From the NCBI RefSeq assembly GCF_006345805.1, contig NC_043003.1, positions 109,120,001-109,184,000 on the forward strand: DNA of 64,000 nucleotides, read 5' to 3'. The translations under genes and the position numbers were made by a program. The notes under the pieces are model-generated. The model did not search any database. It saw nothing but the letters and a program-made list of their open reading frames with translations, and was not told where the DNA came from. Shown here one piece after another: positions 25,330-40,285 of this stretch (position 1 is its first letter; each line of letters opens with the position of its first letter). Source of the DNA: Octopus sinensis. Lineage: Eukaryota.

Positions 25330-26500
25330 AAGATATTTAATACAAGTCCCGTGTGCAGAAGTGAGGCTAATTCATATCTGTAAAGGGACAGGAAAACTGT
25401 TTGGTCAGTGCCAAGAAGGGTAAAATTCTTACGAATATGGTAGGCTTTGGTTTTCCTCTGATGAGAAAAACTTTGACTGAGACCAAAAGCCTAAGAGGAG
25501 AAATGACATGATTATGCGCAGAGCCTCCTGGTGGCCTCAGTGTGATGCACACTAAGTTTCCAGTAACTGTGATCACTTCAGGATTAGTGAGTGACAAAGG
25601 ATTCCAGTGCTGCCAAGATCGGATAATCTAAGAGAGATGATTCCATGTTCAATCTTGTTAAAGGCTTTAATAAAATCAAGGCAGATGCATTTTGTGTCCT
25701 TACCCCTCAGATGATTTGATAGTATTAGTGTTCATTCCCTGAGGGGACAGAATAGATTGCAGTTATGTGAGACAACCTAGGACTGTCTGAAAACCAGGTT
25801 GCATATCATCTTAAAAATTGTTTTCCTCAAGGTAGGAAATTATCTTTTTTCTGGACAATATATTCTACAATTTTAGATGTGTGAGATTTAAGAGAAGCAT
25901 GTCTGTAATTCTTATTCCTTTATTGCCCACAAGGAGCTACACACAGAGGGGACAAACATGGACAGACAAACAGATTAAGTCGATTATATCGACCCCAGTG
26001 CAAAACTGGTACTTATTTAATCGACCCTGAAAGGATGAAAGGCAAAGTCGGCCCCGGTGGAATTTGAACTCAGAATGTAGCGGCAGACGAAATACTGCTA
26101 AGCATTTCGCCTGGCATGCTAACATTTCTGCTAACTCTCTGCCTTTAAGGTAAAGTCAGCTGCGGTAGAATTTGAACTCAGAATGTAGCAACAGGTGAAA
26201 TACTGATAAATATTTCGTCCAGCGCGGTAACGATTCTGCCAACTTGCCACTTTCATGTCTGTAATTCTTAGCCTCAGTTCTGCTATCTTCTTTGTGGATA
26301 GGTGTTACTGCTGCTTCTTTTAGTAGATCTGAAAATATTCCAGTCTTTAAACTGTTTTGGAATAAGCATCTTTAAATGATAGAGTAAATTATAAGAAATT
26401 CATATTATTGAAGTGTTTTTTTAAAAACGGATGCAATTCCTGTCACTAACTCTTAACTATTTCTTAAATATGGAAGTTCTCACTCCTCTCATCTTCAAAA
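25330..26500 (-). pseudogene. Decayed CR1/L2-type LINE reverse transcriptase, split by a SINE dimer
   Basis: Minus strand: LFQNSLKTGIFSDLLKEAAVTPIHKEDSRTEAKNYRH | ASLKSHTSKIVEYIVQKKIISYLEENNF*DDMQPGF ... CLDFIKAFNKIEHGII (RT motifs NYRP, QxGF, DFxKAFD). Confidence 0.9.
25915..26253 (-). mobile_element. SINE family A dimer (truncated head monomer plus full monomer) inside one 17-bp TSD
   Basis: CATGTCTGTAATTCTTA at 25898-25914 and 26254-26270. Confidence 0.9.
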
Positions 26501-26734
26501 GTGCAAAACTATTGGAGAATTTGTGGAGTGGGAGATGTGGCAAGCATCGTCATTTATAGCTTACCAATTTTTGATGCAGAGTGCAGAATGCAAACAATTA
26601 TACACACACACACACACACACAAGCACACGTGCGGACGCATGCACACACACACACACATTTGGAAAAACAAGAATGGTTTTGAATTTTTGGTGTAAGGTT
26701 ACAATTTTTGGGGGAAAGGAGTAAGTTGGTTACA

Positions 26735-26890
26735 TTGACTTCAATGCTCAACTCCTACTTATCTTATTGACCTTGAAAAGATGTATGGCAAAATTGACCT
26801 TGGTGAAAGATGAACCCAGAATGTAAGGAACTGGAAGAAATGCCACTAAGCATTTGTATGATATGCTAACAATTCTGGCAGCTGGCCACC
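26735..26890 (-). mobile_element. SINE family A, diverged
   Basis: Family A motifs present. Confidence 0.65.
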
Positions 26891-27044
26891 ATTTGTTTAT
26901 AATGCAAAGAAGAAAATGCACTTTTTCCTTAATATTGCCACCCTGTACATCAGCCTTATTGGTGCATAATTCATCTTCTTTCTCTTGGCTAAAATGAAAC
27001 TGAACCAACTTCTTTTTTATTGTTCTATGAAGTGGAATTTAAAT

Positions 27045-27250
27045 AATAATAATAATATTGAAATTATTGTATACAGTGATCAGGTGCACCACAACTTGTC
27101 AAAAAGTGCGTATAAAGTATATGCAGCAATGTACAAATGTCTGGAAAGCGAACAGTGTATGAGTCAGATACATGCTTGCGTGTGTATGGTGGGGAGAGAA
27201 TCAGGTGTAGTGTTGGCGAATCTCAGGAAGCATGGAGGTTTTGAAGGATG
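27045..27250 (-). mobile_element. CR1 3' end, same family as 1666-2197
   Basis: Reverse complement matches 2015-2197 (CCATGCTTCCTGAGATTCGCCAACACTACAC...GTATACAATAATTTCA). Confidence 0.9.
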
Positions 27251-27864
27251 TTTAATTAAGGATGTTTAATTTTGAAGGATGTTTAATTATAAGTTAATTC
27301 AAAAGTATATTATTACAATCAAACCATTTCAAAGTATAATAATACAATAATAGATACTCAAAAACAGATTACTAAAGCCAAATTAATTCAAAATACATTA
27401 TCACATATTTTAATATATATCCTATCATATCTAAAATATATTACTGCAATCAAATAAATCCTTTCAGGATTATGCATTCCAAAGAATATCTTTAATTCAA
27501 ATCATTTCAAATTACTTTATGAAACAATGCAAAGTATATACTTACAAAAATACCCAATTAAATATCATTTCTCTATTATTTCCTGCCTAGTGTGGGATAT
27601 TTTTAACATTTCATGCCCATAGAAACCCATGTACCATGGGATTTGTACAGTTGTACAGTTTCTGTCAACCAGATTCACTGACGAGTCATTGATGGGAGCC
27701 CAGCATTAAAAGTAGAAGGTACTTATCTAATATGCCAGGCAGTAGAAGCAAACCCTGCAAGCATATGGCTGTAAAGTAAACCTCTTAACTGCACAGCAAT
27801 GCCTCTGCCTTCACAACCATGCCCATACCACGTGTGTGTGTGTGTGTATTTATATCTATATGTG

Positions 27865-27912
<48 letters not shown>

Positions 27913-27980
27913 TGTGTGTATGTGTGTGTGTGTGCTGTGTGTATGTGTGTGTGTGGTGTGTGTATTTATATCTATATGTG

Positions 27981-28014
<34 letters not shown>

Positions 28015-28056
28015 CACGCATGTGTTTGTGTGTATTTATATCTATATGTGTGTTTG

Positions 28057-28088
<32 letters not shown>

Positions 28089-28463
28089 AGTGTATATATA
28101 TATGTGTGTGTGTATGCAAACACACACATGCACACACACACCACACACACACACAAATGTATATGGAAGCATACACACATAAATATCAGTGGTATTTCCT
28201 GCATGATTGCAAAGCATGTAATGCATTCCTAAATAAATATATGAATGAAAATAGCAAATGAGATTTTACTATGAATCTCTTCTGTTTGTGAAAGGCAGCT
28301 GGAAAGAGGCTGTGCACATGCTTGGTCTACTCTACTTCAATTCTATGGCTTTGAGTTTTAGCTTTGTTTTTGCTCTGGGTTCTGGCTTGAATATAAAGAG
28401 TTTTACATCATAGATTTATATTATTTTTGTGGTGATAGTTTCTATCTTTTTTTTTCTTATCTA

Positions 28464-28657
28464 TTACTTGTTACAGTCATTTGACTGTGGCCATGCTGGG
28501 GCTCTTCATTGAAGGGTTTTAGTCAAACAAATTGACCTCGGGACTTTTTTTAAGCCTAGTGTTTATTCTATCGGTCTCTCTTGTTGAACTGCTAAGTTAT
28601 GGAGGCATAAACACACCGGTTGTCAAGCAGTGGTGGTAGATAAACACAGGCACAAAG

Positions 28658-28688
<31 letters not shown>

Positions 28689-28849
28689 ATAGGCTTCTTT
28701 CAATTTCTGTCTACCAAATCTACTTATAAGGCTTTGGTCAGCACAAGGATATAGTAGAAGACACTGCCCAAGGTACCACGCAGTGGGACTGAACCCAGAA
28801 CCATGTGGCTGGGAAGCAAACTTCTCATCACACAGCCACACCTGCACCT
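28464..28849 (-). mobile_element. SINE family B
   Basis: Homologous to 7537-8018. Confidence 0.85.
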
Positions 28850-29239
28850 ATTTAGCCACATGAAACTTTAGTATTTTCTTGTCATAAATATTTCCTGTGC
28901 AAAATGGCATCAGCTGGTTGCAAGTCCTCACTATCTGGATTTTATTTCAGAGACTTTCTTCTCCTAGATGGATTGTCTTCATTATGACTGGTGAGCACCA
29001 TCTGCCCTTACCTACACAGGATGGCTATTGACTCTCCTGAGCTCCTATGTCCTTTGATGGGTTTTGTTTTTTGTCATGTAGGGTGTCCAAAATTCACCTT
29101 CCGCACCAAGCACATAAGCTTGGATGGGTTGCTGGTTTAGTTGCTGACAATCTGACCATGGAACAGACATATATCTATGTATACATGCATTTATATATGT
29201 AAAGAAAGCTTCTAATAATGCAGGAAGTTTCACAAAAAT

Positions 29240-30110
29240 CTTTATATTTCGGACACAAAGATTTATCTTCAGAAGGAAGAAATCCAAGGAATGTGTATTT
29301 ACAGCAATTTTGTTATTTTATTTTAAACTGCTTGGCATTTAGGTTTGCAGCAGTAGCACCAGCAACTCTCCAGCTGTTGGTGCAAGCAACTCTTTAACTG
29401 TTGGCCATTGTGATGTATTTGTGATGCATTTGGGATATATTTTCATGTGGTAGTGGTGGAAGATGGCTGGTTGTTGTTATTGTGTTGTATTCATAGGAGC
29501 CACTGACCCACTCTGATCAACTGTTGATTTTTGAGTTGGGGTGGTGGATGAATATAGCTTCCTTGATATAAAGATTTCCTGTGTTCCTCTCCTAGGCTAG
29601 TATGGAAGTGTCTACCTCTTTGGTGATGTTGCCACATTTGCTTAAATGTTTGTGAAAGGAAGAAATGTTGGTAGTTAGATACTTCTTCATTTGGACATGG
29701 AATGGTCAACTGGTGTAGTTGCTGCTGCATTTGGAGCATTGTATTTGATATACTATGTATACAGCAGATGCGACATATATTTACCTATGTTTTAGATTTT
29801 GGTTAATGAGAGTTTACAGGTTGATTGTTATATTCATAAACAATATTTTACATATATTTGCAATTCAAAATGTTCACCCTATGCTCTCAGAATAGCTCTT
29901 AATTGTTTCTCAGCTGAAGTGCTTGACTTCTTCGCCATCTTCCTCATCTTCCTTCATGGATTTCTCTTCACCATTTTACTGATGGAATCAATGATTCACT
30001 TGGTATGAAATAAATGGTTTCTTCCTGGAATTAGATTTCAAGAGATTGTTTACACCTTATGAAACTTCTTCAACACATTGCTTTCACATTTTGGTATAAT
30101 GTCAGCAATT
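29240..30110 (-). pseudogene. Decayed Penelope-like element: GIY-YIG endonuclease region plus degenerate hammerhead motif 3' of it
   Basis: Minus frame: YSESIG*TF*IANI...IVYQIQCSKCSSNYTS*...SSFHKHLSKC...ILA*ERN...LYIKEAIFIHHPNSKIN; CTGAAGA...CCGAAATATAAAG at 29275-29240. Confidence 0.75.
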
Positions 30111-30119
30111 TCAGGGGAG

Positions 30120-30293
30120 AGGGCTAATCAATTACATTGACCCAAGTGCTCAACTGACACTAATTTTATCGACCCCTAAAAGGATGAAAGGCAAAGTTGA
30201 TCTCGGCAGAATTTGAACTCAGATCAAAAAGACAGATGAAATACCACTAAGCACTTTGGCCAGTGTGCTAATATTTCTGACAGCTTGTTGCCT
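30120..30293 (-). mobile_element. SINE family A
   Basis: Family A motifs. Confidence 0.8.
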
Positions 30294-30548
30294 TACTTCT
30301 GCAACACATTAAAAACTACTTTTCTGCAAATATTCAACTGTTTTATCACCTCACAAATCATTATAGCAGCCATTTCCAAAGTTACAATTTGTTCACCTTT
30401 TGTTTGAACTGCCATATTTCATTAAGGATAAACAATGAAACGTAAAGAATTTTAGGAAGCATTATACAACATTTGCAACTGTCTTTAGGAATATGAATGT
30501 TTCAGTTTATGTTTGAATAATAAGTAACTGTCTAGGCCACACCCAGTA
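30293..30548 (-). mobile_element. 5' end of a Tc1/mariner-type transposon (TIR plus N-terminal HTH remnant)
   Basis: TA-CTGGGTGTGGCC terminus at 30548; MAVQTKGEQIVTLEMAAIMICEVIKQLNICRKVVFNVLQK (30415-30296) fits a paired-like HTH. Confidence 0.6.
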
Positions 30549-30574
30549 TATATGTATATTTTTATACATACTAC

Positions 30575-30605
<31 letters not shown>

Positions 30606-31402
30606 GTATGTATATATAATATATATATATATTATATATATAAATATATATATATATATATAATATATATATATATATGTATGTATATATATTATATATA
30701 TATATATATTATATCTATATATATATATATATCTTATATATATATAAATATATATACATATTATATATTAAATATAAATATATATATTATTATAATATAT
30801 ATATATATATATAATATATACATACATATATAATATATATATGTACAATATATATATATTACACACACATGCACACCTGTTTTCTTCCCCCATCGTTCTC
30901 TAATTCCTTTTTCTCCACTCCCTCCTTCACTGTTTTCTATCTATCTCTCTCCTCTTCTTTCTCTTTTTTACTCTCTAGCTCTCTCTCTCTCTTCTATCTT
31001 TTCTTTTTTCAAAAACATGTTTCTCCCAGCATTCACTATTTTCCTCTCGTTCTGGTCTAATGACTCTCCATCTTTGTTTTCGTTCGATTTCCTTGTATGT
31101 CTCCATTGTCATGTTTTTGTTCCCAACTTTGACCCTCCATAAATCCTAAATTTTATTTTAGACTCATATTGTCGTTGAATGCTCGAAATGAGGAGTAGAT
31201 TGACAACCGGCAACTGATGAAGGGTTCTTTCTCTGTCTTTACTTGTCATGCTTTCCATTTTTTTCTTGTTCTTTATGTATTTTACTCATTTGTTTACGTA
31301 TTTCATGTTATTTGCACCATTGGTGACGTCCTGTACCCACATATGCATATATATATACATTATATATTATTATTATATATACATACATACATACATACAT
31401 AC

Positions 31403-31446
<44 letters not shown>

Positions 31447-31959
31447 ATATATATATATATGTGTGTGTGTGTGTGGCATGAATAATGGTCATTGCATATT
31501 TCTTTATTGTAGTAAATTTGACTTACAGATGTTTCCAGTAATCATTATAGGTTCACTCAATCAGCTCATTGATTGGTTGATAAAAATTGAATGACCAAGA
31601 GAATTGATGCTACTTTTGTCAGTGTCATTTCTGTTTATAAACAAGCAGAATACTGAAAGAATGGTAGAAGAATGTGAGTGGGGGGGGAGCGAAGAGAAGC
31701 AATGAGTATACGATAAGTGGAAGAGAGAAAGAGAGAAAAGAGGAAGAGAAGTGATGATTTGGAAAAGAAGGACTAAAGGGAAGAGAAGGAAAGAAAAGAA
31801 GAGAGGAAGGAATAGAAAGAATAGAGGAAGAGAGGCATACGATAGAATCCTGCAACAAGAATATGCAGAGTTCTTCACTAATCTAAATGATTTTGTTAAC
31901 CTGGTGTACTAAGAGAGAGCTTGTCTCATAAAGTATTTTGCTTGGACTGAAAATCCCTC

Positions 31960-31975
31960 ACTAATGGTGTGTTTG

Positions 31976-32008
<33 letters not shown>

Positions 32009-32700
32009 TGTGTTGTTTGTGTGTGTGTGTGTGTGTGTGTTGTGTGTTTGTGGTGTGTGTGTTGTGTTGTGGGTGTTTTGTGGTGTGTGTGTGTGTGTTG
32101 TGTGTGTTTGTGTGTGTGTGGTGTGTTTGTGTGTGGGTGTGTTGTGATGTGTGTGTGTGTGTTGTGTTGTGGTGTTGTGTGTACGTGTGTATGTGATGTG
32201 TATGTGTGTATGTGAGTGTGTGTGTGGTGTGTGTGTTGTGTGTCTGTGTTGTGTGTGTTGTGTTGTGTGTGTGTTTGTGATGTGTGTGTGTGTGTGTGTT
32301 TGTGTGTGGGTGTGTTTGTGTGTGTGTGTGTTGGTGTGTGGTGTTGGTGTGTCGTGTGTTTGTTTGTGTGTTGTGTGTGTGTTTGGTGTGTGTGTTGTTG
32401 TGTGTGTGTGTGTGTTGGTGTTGTGTGTCGTGTGTTTGTGGTTGTGTGTGTGTGTTGTGTGTATGTGAGTTGTGTGTATTGTGATGTGTGAGTTTGTGTG
32501 TGTGGTGTTTGTGTGTGTGTGTGTGTTGTGTGGTGTTGGTGTGTGTGTGTGTATGTGTGTATGTGAGTGTGTGTGTGTTGTGTGTGTTTTGGTGGTGTTG
32601 TGTTTGTGTGTGGGTGTGTTGTGTGTGTATGTGTGTATGTGAGGGGTGTGTGTGTGTGTTGTGTGTGTGTTGGTTTGTGTGTGTGTGTGTGTGTGTGTAT
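31960..32700. repeat. Degenerate (TG)n tract
   Basis: Directly visible; source of HTHT/CVCV pseudo-ORFs. Confidence 0.95.
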
Positions 32701-33094
32701 GCATGTATAGTTGCTTCTGCTAAATATTAATGAAAAAATAAACATGCACATCTGTATGTATATGTGCATATACATATGTATATATATATGTGTATATGTT
32801 AGTGTATACATATTTGCACGCACGCACACGTGCACACACACACACACACATGCACACTCACACAAACAAATGCACACACACATATATTTTGTTGGTGTCA
32901 TAAAAATTTCATAAACTTTTGAGAGATAATGCGATAATTCGTTTTGGGAATATTTTAGATAAAGTTGAAGGCTTTATCAAAAACCTTCAACTTTTTGAAT
33001 CCAGAGATTTTTCATCTTAATACCTAATATTTGCATGCCATTATTTATAGCTTTATGTGTGTGATTTAAGATATTCCAAAAAGAATTGTGTATA

Positions 33095-33125
<31 letters not shown>

Positions 33126-33664
33126 ATTTATATATATATATATTATATATATATATATATCTATACATATATATATATATATATATATATAGTATGTATA
33201 TATATAGATTCAAATGATTATGGTACTTAAGTTGAGGCACCAGAATTTAGTATGGTATTATCCATACAATTTCAAAATAAGGTGATTAAAATCAAAATAA
33301 AGCAACAAGGATATCCACAGGTAATGCAGTACGATCGTTTCTTGCAACTCCATTTAATTGAACAATGCAATCATTACATCAATTTAAAATGTAGAGCAAT
33401 CTTCAGCTGTACAAAGACATAGAATTTAATTAAATTAGAACAGATGGACACATTAATATAATTATACCTAAAATCCCCAAGAAGTTAAGGCAGTGCTCCA
33501 GCTTGGCCTCAGTCAAATTACTGAAACAAGTGAAAGAATAAAATAATATATATATATATATATTGTCGTCACTGATTTCTTGTCTATTATTGCATATAGC
33601 AATATAGGTTAATCATCAAACATGCTGGCCAGAAGCAAATAGTTTATTCACTTAAGAAGGTAGC

Positions 33665-33789
33665 TATACAGTCTTGGTCATTTTAGTCATTAAAAAATCG
33701 AAATGAAAGAAACCCTTTTTTGAGAAAGAAAGAAGAGTTACTTTCCCTTGAGTTGTTCCCATCATAGCTGAAATGGGTCAGACTGTATA
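33665..33789. mobile_element. Possible small TA-flanked MITE
   Basis: TATACAGTCT..ATTTTAG / CTGAAAT..AGACTGTATA imperfect inverted ends. Confidence 0.4.
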
Positions 33790-34389
33790 TGTTTCTTCCA
33801 TTATCTGGTCCTCAAATGGTGATGACCACGTTTCCAGAAACAATTTTTTTGTCATGACTGCATTGACTAATAATTTCATTCTTTGAATCCAAGAAAGTAA
33901 CTGGATCGTGTGAATTTTTTAAGGATCATTGTCCTTTTGGCCAAGCAATGTGTACTCCATCTGCTTCTGCTGAATCATGGCCCAGATAACAGTAGGAGCA
34001 ACAACAACAACAACAATGAAAGGACACACACACTGAAATAGGTTGTAGCAACTAGAAGCCCCTTTAAGGCCAGGTTAAATAACCACAAGTTCTCTTTAAG
34101 GAACCTAGAAAGGTGCAACATTACAACTTTAGACAGCTATATATGGTGATTAAAAGAGGGGCATAATATAAAATCAACTAGAAGGTACTGGAATACTAAC
34201 ACATAAAAATATGCATATATACATGCATACATATATACACATACATACATGCATACATGCATGCATACACCATACATATATACATCATCATCATCATCAT
34301 CATTTAGTGTCTGTTGACTATGTTGGCATTGGCTGGATGGTTTGACCAGGGCTGGTAAGCTGAATTCAAATGCCAGTCTATACATACAT

Positions 34390-34960
34390 ACATGGTGGCT
34401 GCCCCCTCGTTATCGAGTATGGCCATTGCACGAAGCTTAATCAATGTTGTTATCGTACAATGCCTGTGCAAGAAGATTTTTTTTAAGTGAGGAAAGGCTG
34501 TGCACTGAATCAATCCCACTCACTAAGCAACAGCAGCCATAATCCGAAAAGAAGAACAAGTCAACATCATCGGTAACCACTGAGCAGCAGGTTTTATGTT
34601 GGAGTTATCCTAGTTACCTGAGTTACCTTCTCCTAGAAAGATGCCCTAACAAAGGCTAGGAGTCCTTCAACCCCAATGGTTTAACCGTGCAATTGGGTAT
34701 TCAGTCCGATTATTTCTATGTCTCCGCGTATGATATAGCTTTAAGAAAAAAAACACAAAAATTACACATTTATTGGATGGCCATTGACTCTCTAGAGTTC
34801 CTCCGCCCTTTGACGGGTTTTGTTTTTCATTCCACAGGGTGTCCAATAAACACCCTCCTCACCAAGTAAGCTTGGTGGGGTTGCCGGTTTAGTTGCCGAT
34901 GACCCGACCATGCAACAGGTTGTACTGGGTTACATCTTACCAGTAGCACTCATACATACA
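34390..34960. mobile_element. ~500-bp non-coding interspersed repeat, family F
   Basis: High similarity to 46228-46715 and, inverted, 54545-55042; partial copy 29030-29160; borders (CATA)n. Confidence 0.85.
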
Positions 34961-35329
34961 TACATACATACATACATATGAGTACATATATATTACAGTA
35001 ACATGGTATTGGCCAGACTGTCAGGTGTTGTTATACGTTCCCGGTCATAATGTGTTTTGCTTTAGCTTTTGCTATAATCTGGGTATATACATTTGGTGTG
35101 AAATGGTATTACACAAATAAATAGTTGGCTGAGGTTATCGAAAAATAACCTATCAACACACTCTGTACTACTTTGACGTAGGTACTCAATATTAACTGTT
35201 CAACTACCAACTGTTAAACCATCACATGTCGAATGAAAGCTTTTTACTGCTCTCCTGACAGTTCGCTCAGTTCTTACTTATTGTAATCAATTAGTCCATC
35301 TTCAGCCGTGTGGGGCTGTTCACGATTCT

Positions 35330-35525
35330 CCCATAACAGCTTTCGAATGACATTACCCACTAGCCGGGTGAGCAGGCTAATGTTCCCTCTGATCAGAGGG
35401 CTACCAATTTACAGTTGAATGGAAGAGATTTGCTGAAGAATACTAAGGGCTGCTTGGCCAGAGAATCGAACGCAAGATCTAGCAGTCGTGAATGCAATAT
35501 CCCAAACTCAAGGACCTGTGCCTTC
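35330..35525 (-). mobile_element. Diverged tRNA-headed SINE
   Basis: Minus head GTGAAGGCAC...GCGTTCGATTCTC. Confidence 0.5.
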
Positions 35526-35533
35526 ACACACAT

Positions 35534-35581
<48 letters not shown>

Positions 35582-35586
35582 ACACA

Positions 35587-35642
<56 letters not shown>

Positions 35643-35956
35643 GGCTACAGAGTTGCTGTATAGTTTTTATTTGAAGAACAAACCTTGCTTATGAGTTAGA
35701 AAGTAGCTCTTTCTCTATTGGCAAGAAATTTGAAAAACAAAACCGGAAGGATATAGATACATGCATGCACACATACATCTATACGTATATGCATGCATGC
35801 ATATATACACAAATACATAAACACATACATTCACATACACAAAAAAAAATGCATACATCCATAGATACATAGATAGAAAAAACATTCTCATACACCTGCC
35901 CAGCTATACAAACACAGATAATCCATAGACACACACATACAACACACCACACACAC

Positions 35957-35992
<36 letters not shown>

Positions 35993-36384
35993 AACAACAA
36001 TATTCTCATTTGTGAACCCCCTCCACCAGTACCCCTGTAATTTATACTGCCATAAAGCTGGGTTCAGGGTGTGGTGGTGGTAGGGGCAGAGGAAGTAATA
36101 CTTTAAAAGAAATCCAAAGGTAACTTCCAAAGTACAGCTGACATTCTGTAACCCCCACCCCATGACCCTCCTCAAACCTTTCAAATAACATAAGATATTC
36201 ATGTTTGTGTGTGTGTGTGTATACATATAGGCATACGCACATACACTTATATATAAATGCAGATATATATATATACATATAAATAAAAGAAATTATTTAT
36301 CCACCAATGTGGTGTTGAGGATTCATTCCAACGTTCTATATTTATGCACATCTATATCTATATCTATCTATCTATCTATCTATC

Positions 36385-36418
<34 letters not shown>

Positions 36419-36419
36419 C

Positions 36420-36720
36420 ATTATCTTCATTTAACATCCACTTTCAATGCTGGCATGTGATAGACAGTTTGACTGAGGGCTGGCAAGCCAAAAGGCTGCA
36501 CCAGGCTCCAGTCTGATCTGGCAGAGTTTCTACAGCTGGATGTCTTTCCTCTGAGAGTGTAATGGGTTCTTTGCATGTTCCACCAGCATGAAGACCAGTC
36601 AGGTGGCACTGGCATCGACCAGGCCTGAATGGTGCTTTTTATGTGCCACCAGCACGGCAGCCAGTCAGGCAGCACTGGCAGCGACTACACTCGAATGGTG
36701 CTTTTTCTGTGCCAGTGGCA
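36420..36720 (-). mobile_element. RTE 3' UTR copy (family C)
   Basis: TTTCTACAGCTGGATG core and internal modules. Confidence 0.8.
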
Positions 36721-36769
36721 CATATACACATAGGCAGAGATATGCATAGATATACATGTAATTATTTGA

Positions 36770-37785
<1,016 letters not shown>

Positions 37786-37799
37786 AATATCCTAAAAAT

Positions 37800-37822
37800 A
37801 GCCTATCATCATCACCACCACC

Positions 37823-37854
<32 letters not shown>

Positions 37855-38030
37855 TAAAGTGTGTTTTCCATATTGGCATGGGTTGGATGGTTTCACCAGA
37901 GCTGGTAAGGCCAGAGGCCACACCAGGCTCCATTGTCGGTTCTGGCATGGTTTTTCCAGAGGCTGGTTGCTTTTCCTAATGCTAACCACTACAGAGTGTA
38001 CTGGATATTTTTTTATGTGGCACCAACACC
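37800..38030 (-). mobile_element. Family C-type tail
   Basis: (CAT)n...GGCATGGGTTGGATGG...CTAATGCTAACCACT. Confidence 0.75.
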
Positions 38031-38402
38031 ACATATATATATATGGCTATTGTTACCATTATGCAAAAGTGTTGTAAGTCCAAAACTCTGCTCTTTCAGA
38101 ACACAAGAAAAATAGTTTCCCCATTTCATAGCAAAACCGTTGTACTACAATTTGACAATTTTTGGTATCTTGACATCTGAAGCAGCTGGAGATACGATAG
38201 TTTGACCAAAAGAACTGGCTATTGCAAGCTAAAATAAATATTTAAAAAAAAACGCATTTTGGCAAATTTGGACATACAACAGTTTTAACACAATAGCAAC
38301 AATATATATTATATATATATATATATATATTTTTAGGTGATTTAATAAGAGTTTTGACTGTTATTTCTAGCAGGTAGACATACTTAGTATGTCCTTTGAT
38401 TA

Positions 38403-38435
<33 letters not shown>

Positions 38436-38436
<1 letters not shown>

Positions 38437-38805
38437 GTGCAGGAGTGGAACCTTATATACATGGTTCCAGGTTTAGTCCCACTGTATGGCACCTTGGGCA
38501 AGTGTCTTCTACTATAGCTTTGGGCCGATGCATAACATGTTAGTGGAAACTGAAACAAGCCCATCATGTATGTGTGTGTGTATGTGTGTGTCTTTGTATC
38601 TGTGTTTGTCCTCCTTGACTGCTTGAAACCTACTGTTGTATGTTTACGTCTACATAACTTAGCAGTTCAGCAAAGAAATTGATGGAATTAGTACCAGGCT
38701 TAAAGAAAAAATATAAGTAAAGGGTCCATTCAGCTGACTAAAAATTCTTCAATGTGGTGCCCCAGCATGGCCACAGTCTAATGACCGAAACAAGTAAAAG
38801 ATGAA
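38436..38805 (+). mobile_element. SINE family B
   Basis: Homologous to 55357-55771. Confidence 0.85.
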
Positions 38806-38816
38806 AGATATATATA

Positions 38817-40285
38817 TCTCTTATTATAAAAGGCAGATTTTATCTGCCTCCCTTTGTCTCTTATAGAAATCTACAATATAGGATTTCTTCAATTACAATT
38901 TACCTAGCATTTTTAAGAGTAGAATGCATCGGGTCGTGCCAGGTCCAGTTTTTAAAATTTCAACCCCAATTAAGCAAAATTGGAGAAAACTCACATTGTG
39001 GTGTGTGAGTCATGCTTTTCTTAGTGTGGGCTATAGCACACGCACAACACACACACATACACAAAAAAGGGAGCGATCTGATTCACTCACGCTATCACTC
39101 TAATTTCTACGACTTTCTCTTTGCAAGTTTGCAATGATTAAAGTGAAACTGATAAAACGAGAGAAGTGTACCTTAAACCACTACTAAAAAAAAAATAACA
39201 CAGCAAACAGAAACAAATAAATACATAACGATTTACTCCTCACCAAACTTCTTCAATTAGAGTTTACCCATGATTTTTCAAAGTACTTTCCATGGGTCAT
39301 GCAATACAAAAATTTCTTTCAATTTACCCCAAATTAAGACAAAATTCGAGAAAACTCAATATTTTAACCATTTCACTCCGAAAGCATTGATGTACAGTGT
39401 GCGTGTGAGTGTGTGGTGTGTGTGTGTGTGTTTGATGGGTTGTGCGACACAGAAAGTGTGGTGTGTAAGTGAAGTGCTTTTGTTAGTGTGTGTAAAGAGA
39501 CAGAGAGAGAGTGATGAAAGACACGACAGGATAACTGAACTTTTTTTATTCACTTTTTGTAGTGAGTGACTGAGAGAGAAAAGAGAGAGAGAGGTTATTA
39601 ATGTAATATGTATGTATGGCTTCAGTGACACCACACACACAAAAAACACATACCTACGTACACCTAAAGCACGCACACACACACAAACAAGCGGGAGCGC
39701 GAACTCAAAATTTGGTAGTATTAATTGGCGAGCGTACTTCTAAGCGCGCATAATTGAAAGTTTTCACTATGATATCATCACGTGCGAAAAAAATTCGAAG
39801 GGTTTGAACAATTGAGATACAGATGTCACGCCTGTATTGAAACCATTGCTAAGCTGCCCGTAATGCTTAATTAAGACTTTGTTTAAATTGAAAGGTGCAA
39901 ATATGTTACGAGGTTGAAAAAAAATACCCCAGAAAAAAATGTACTGCTGGTGGTATTTATATAATTCACTACTATTTTGCTACAATATCATGAAAAAAAA
40001 AAATTAAGGTATGTACAACATATATTATACATTTTTTTATTCATATTCAATTCATTCAACGAAAATAATCGAATTCGCACCCCTTTTCCCGTTCGCGTTT
40101 GTGTAAAAAAAAAAAATTATATTTAGGTTTTAAAAATTATTTAATGTTCAAAAAATATTATTAATATTAATTAATTTTCAAGAATTATTTAATTTATATA
40201 TTAATCATTAATTTTATTCTGTAAAATAGTAATTAATTCATTTATCTGTAAATCCGCGAGGCACCTAGAAATAGCAGCCAGATTT
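38817..40285 (+). mobile_element. Possible Helitron-like repeat (3' end not established)
   Basis: A|TCTCTTATTATAAAA start, internal direct repeat (38940-38990 versus 39295-39355) and CpG retention; no clear hairpin-CTAG end. Confidence 0.3.

Noticed and set aside
29491-29739. Track ORF MLQMQQQ... as a host exon
   Set aside because: The informative frame is a different, stop-containing one encoding GIY-YIG motifs.
31170-31235. GCTCGAAA and CTGATGAAGG close together
   Set aside because: Wrong order for one ribozyme, and neither has its partner half.
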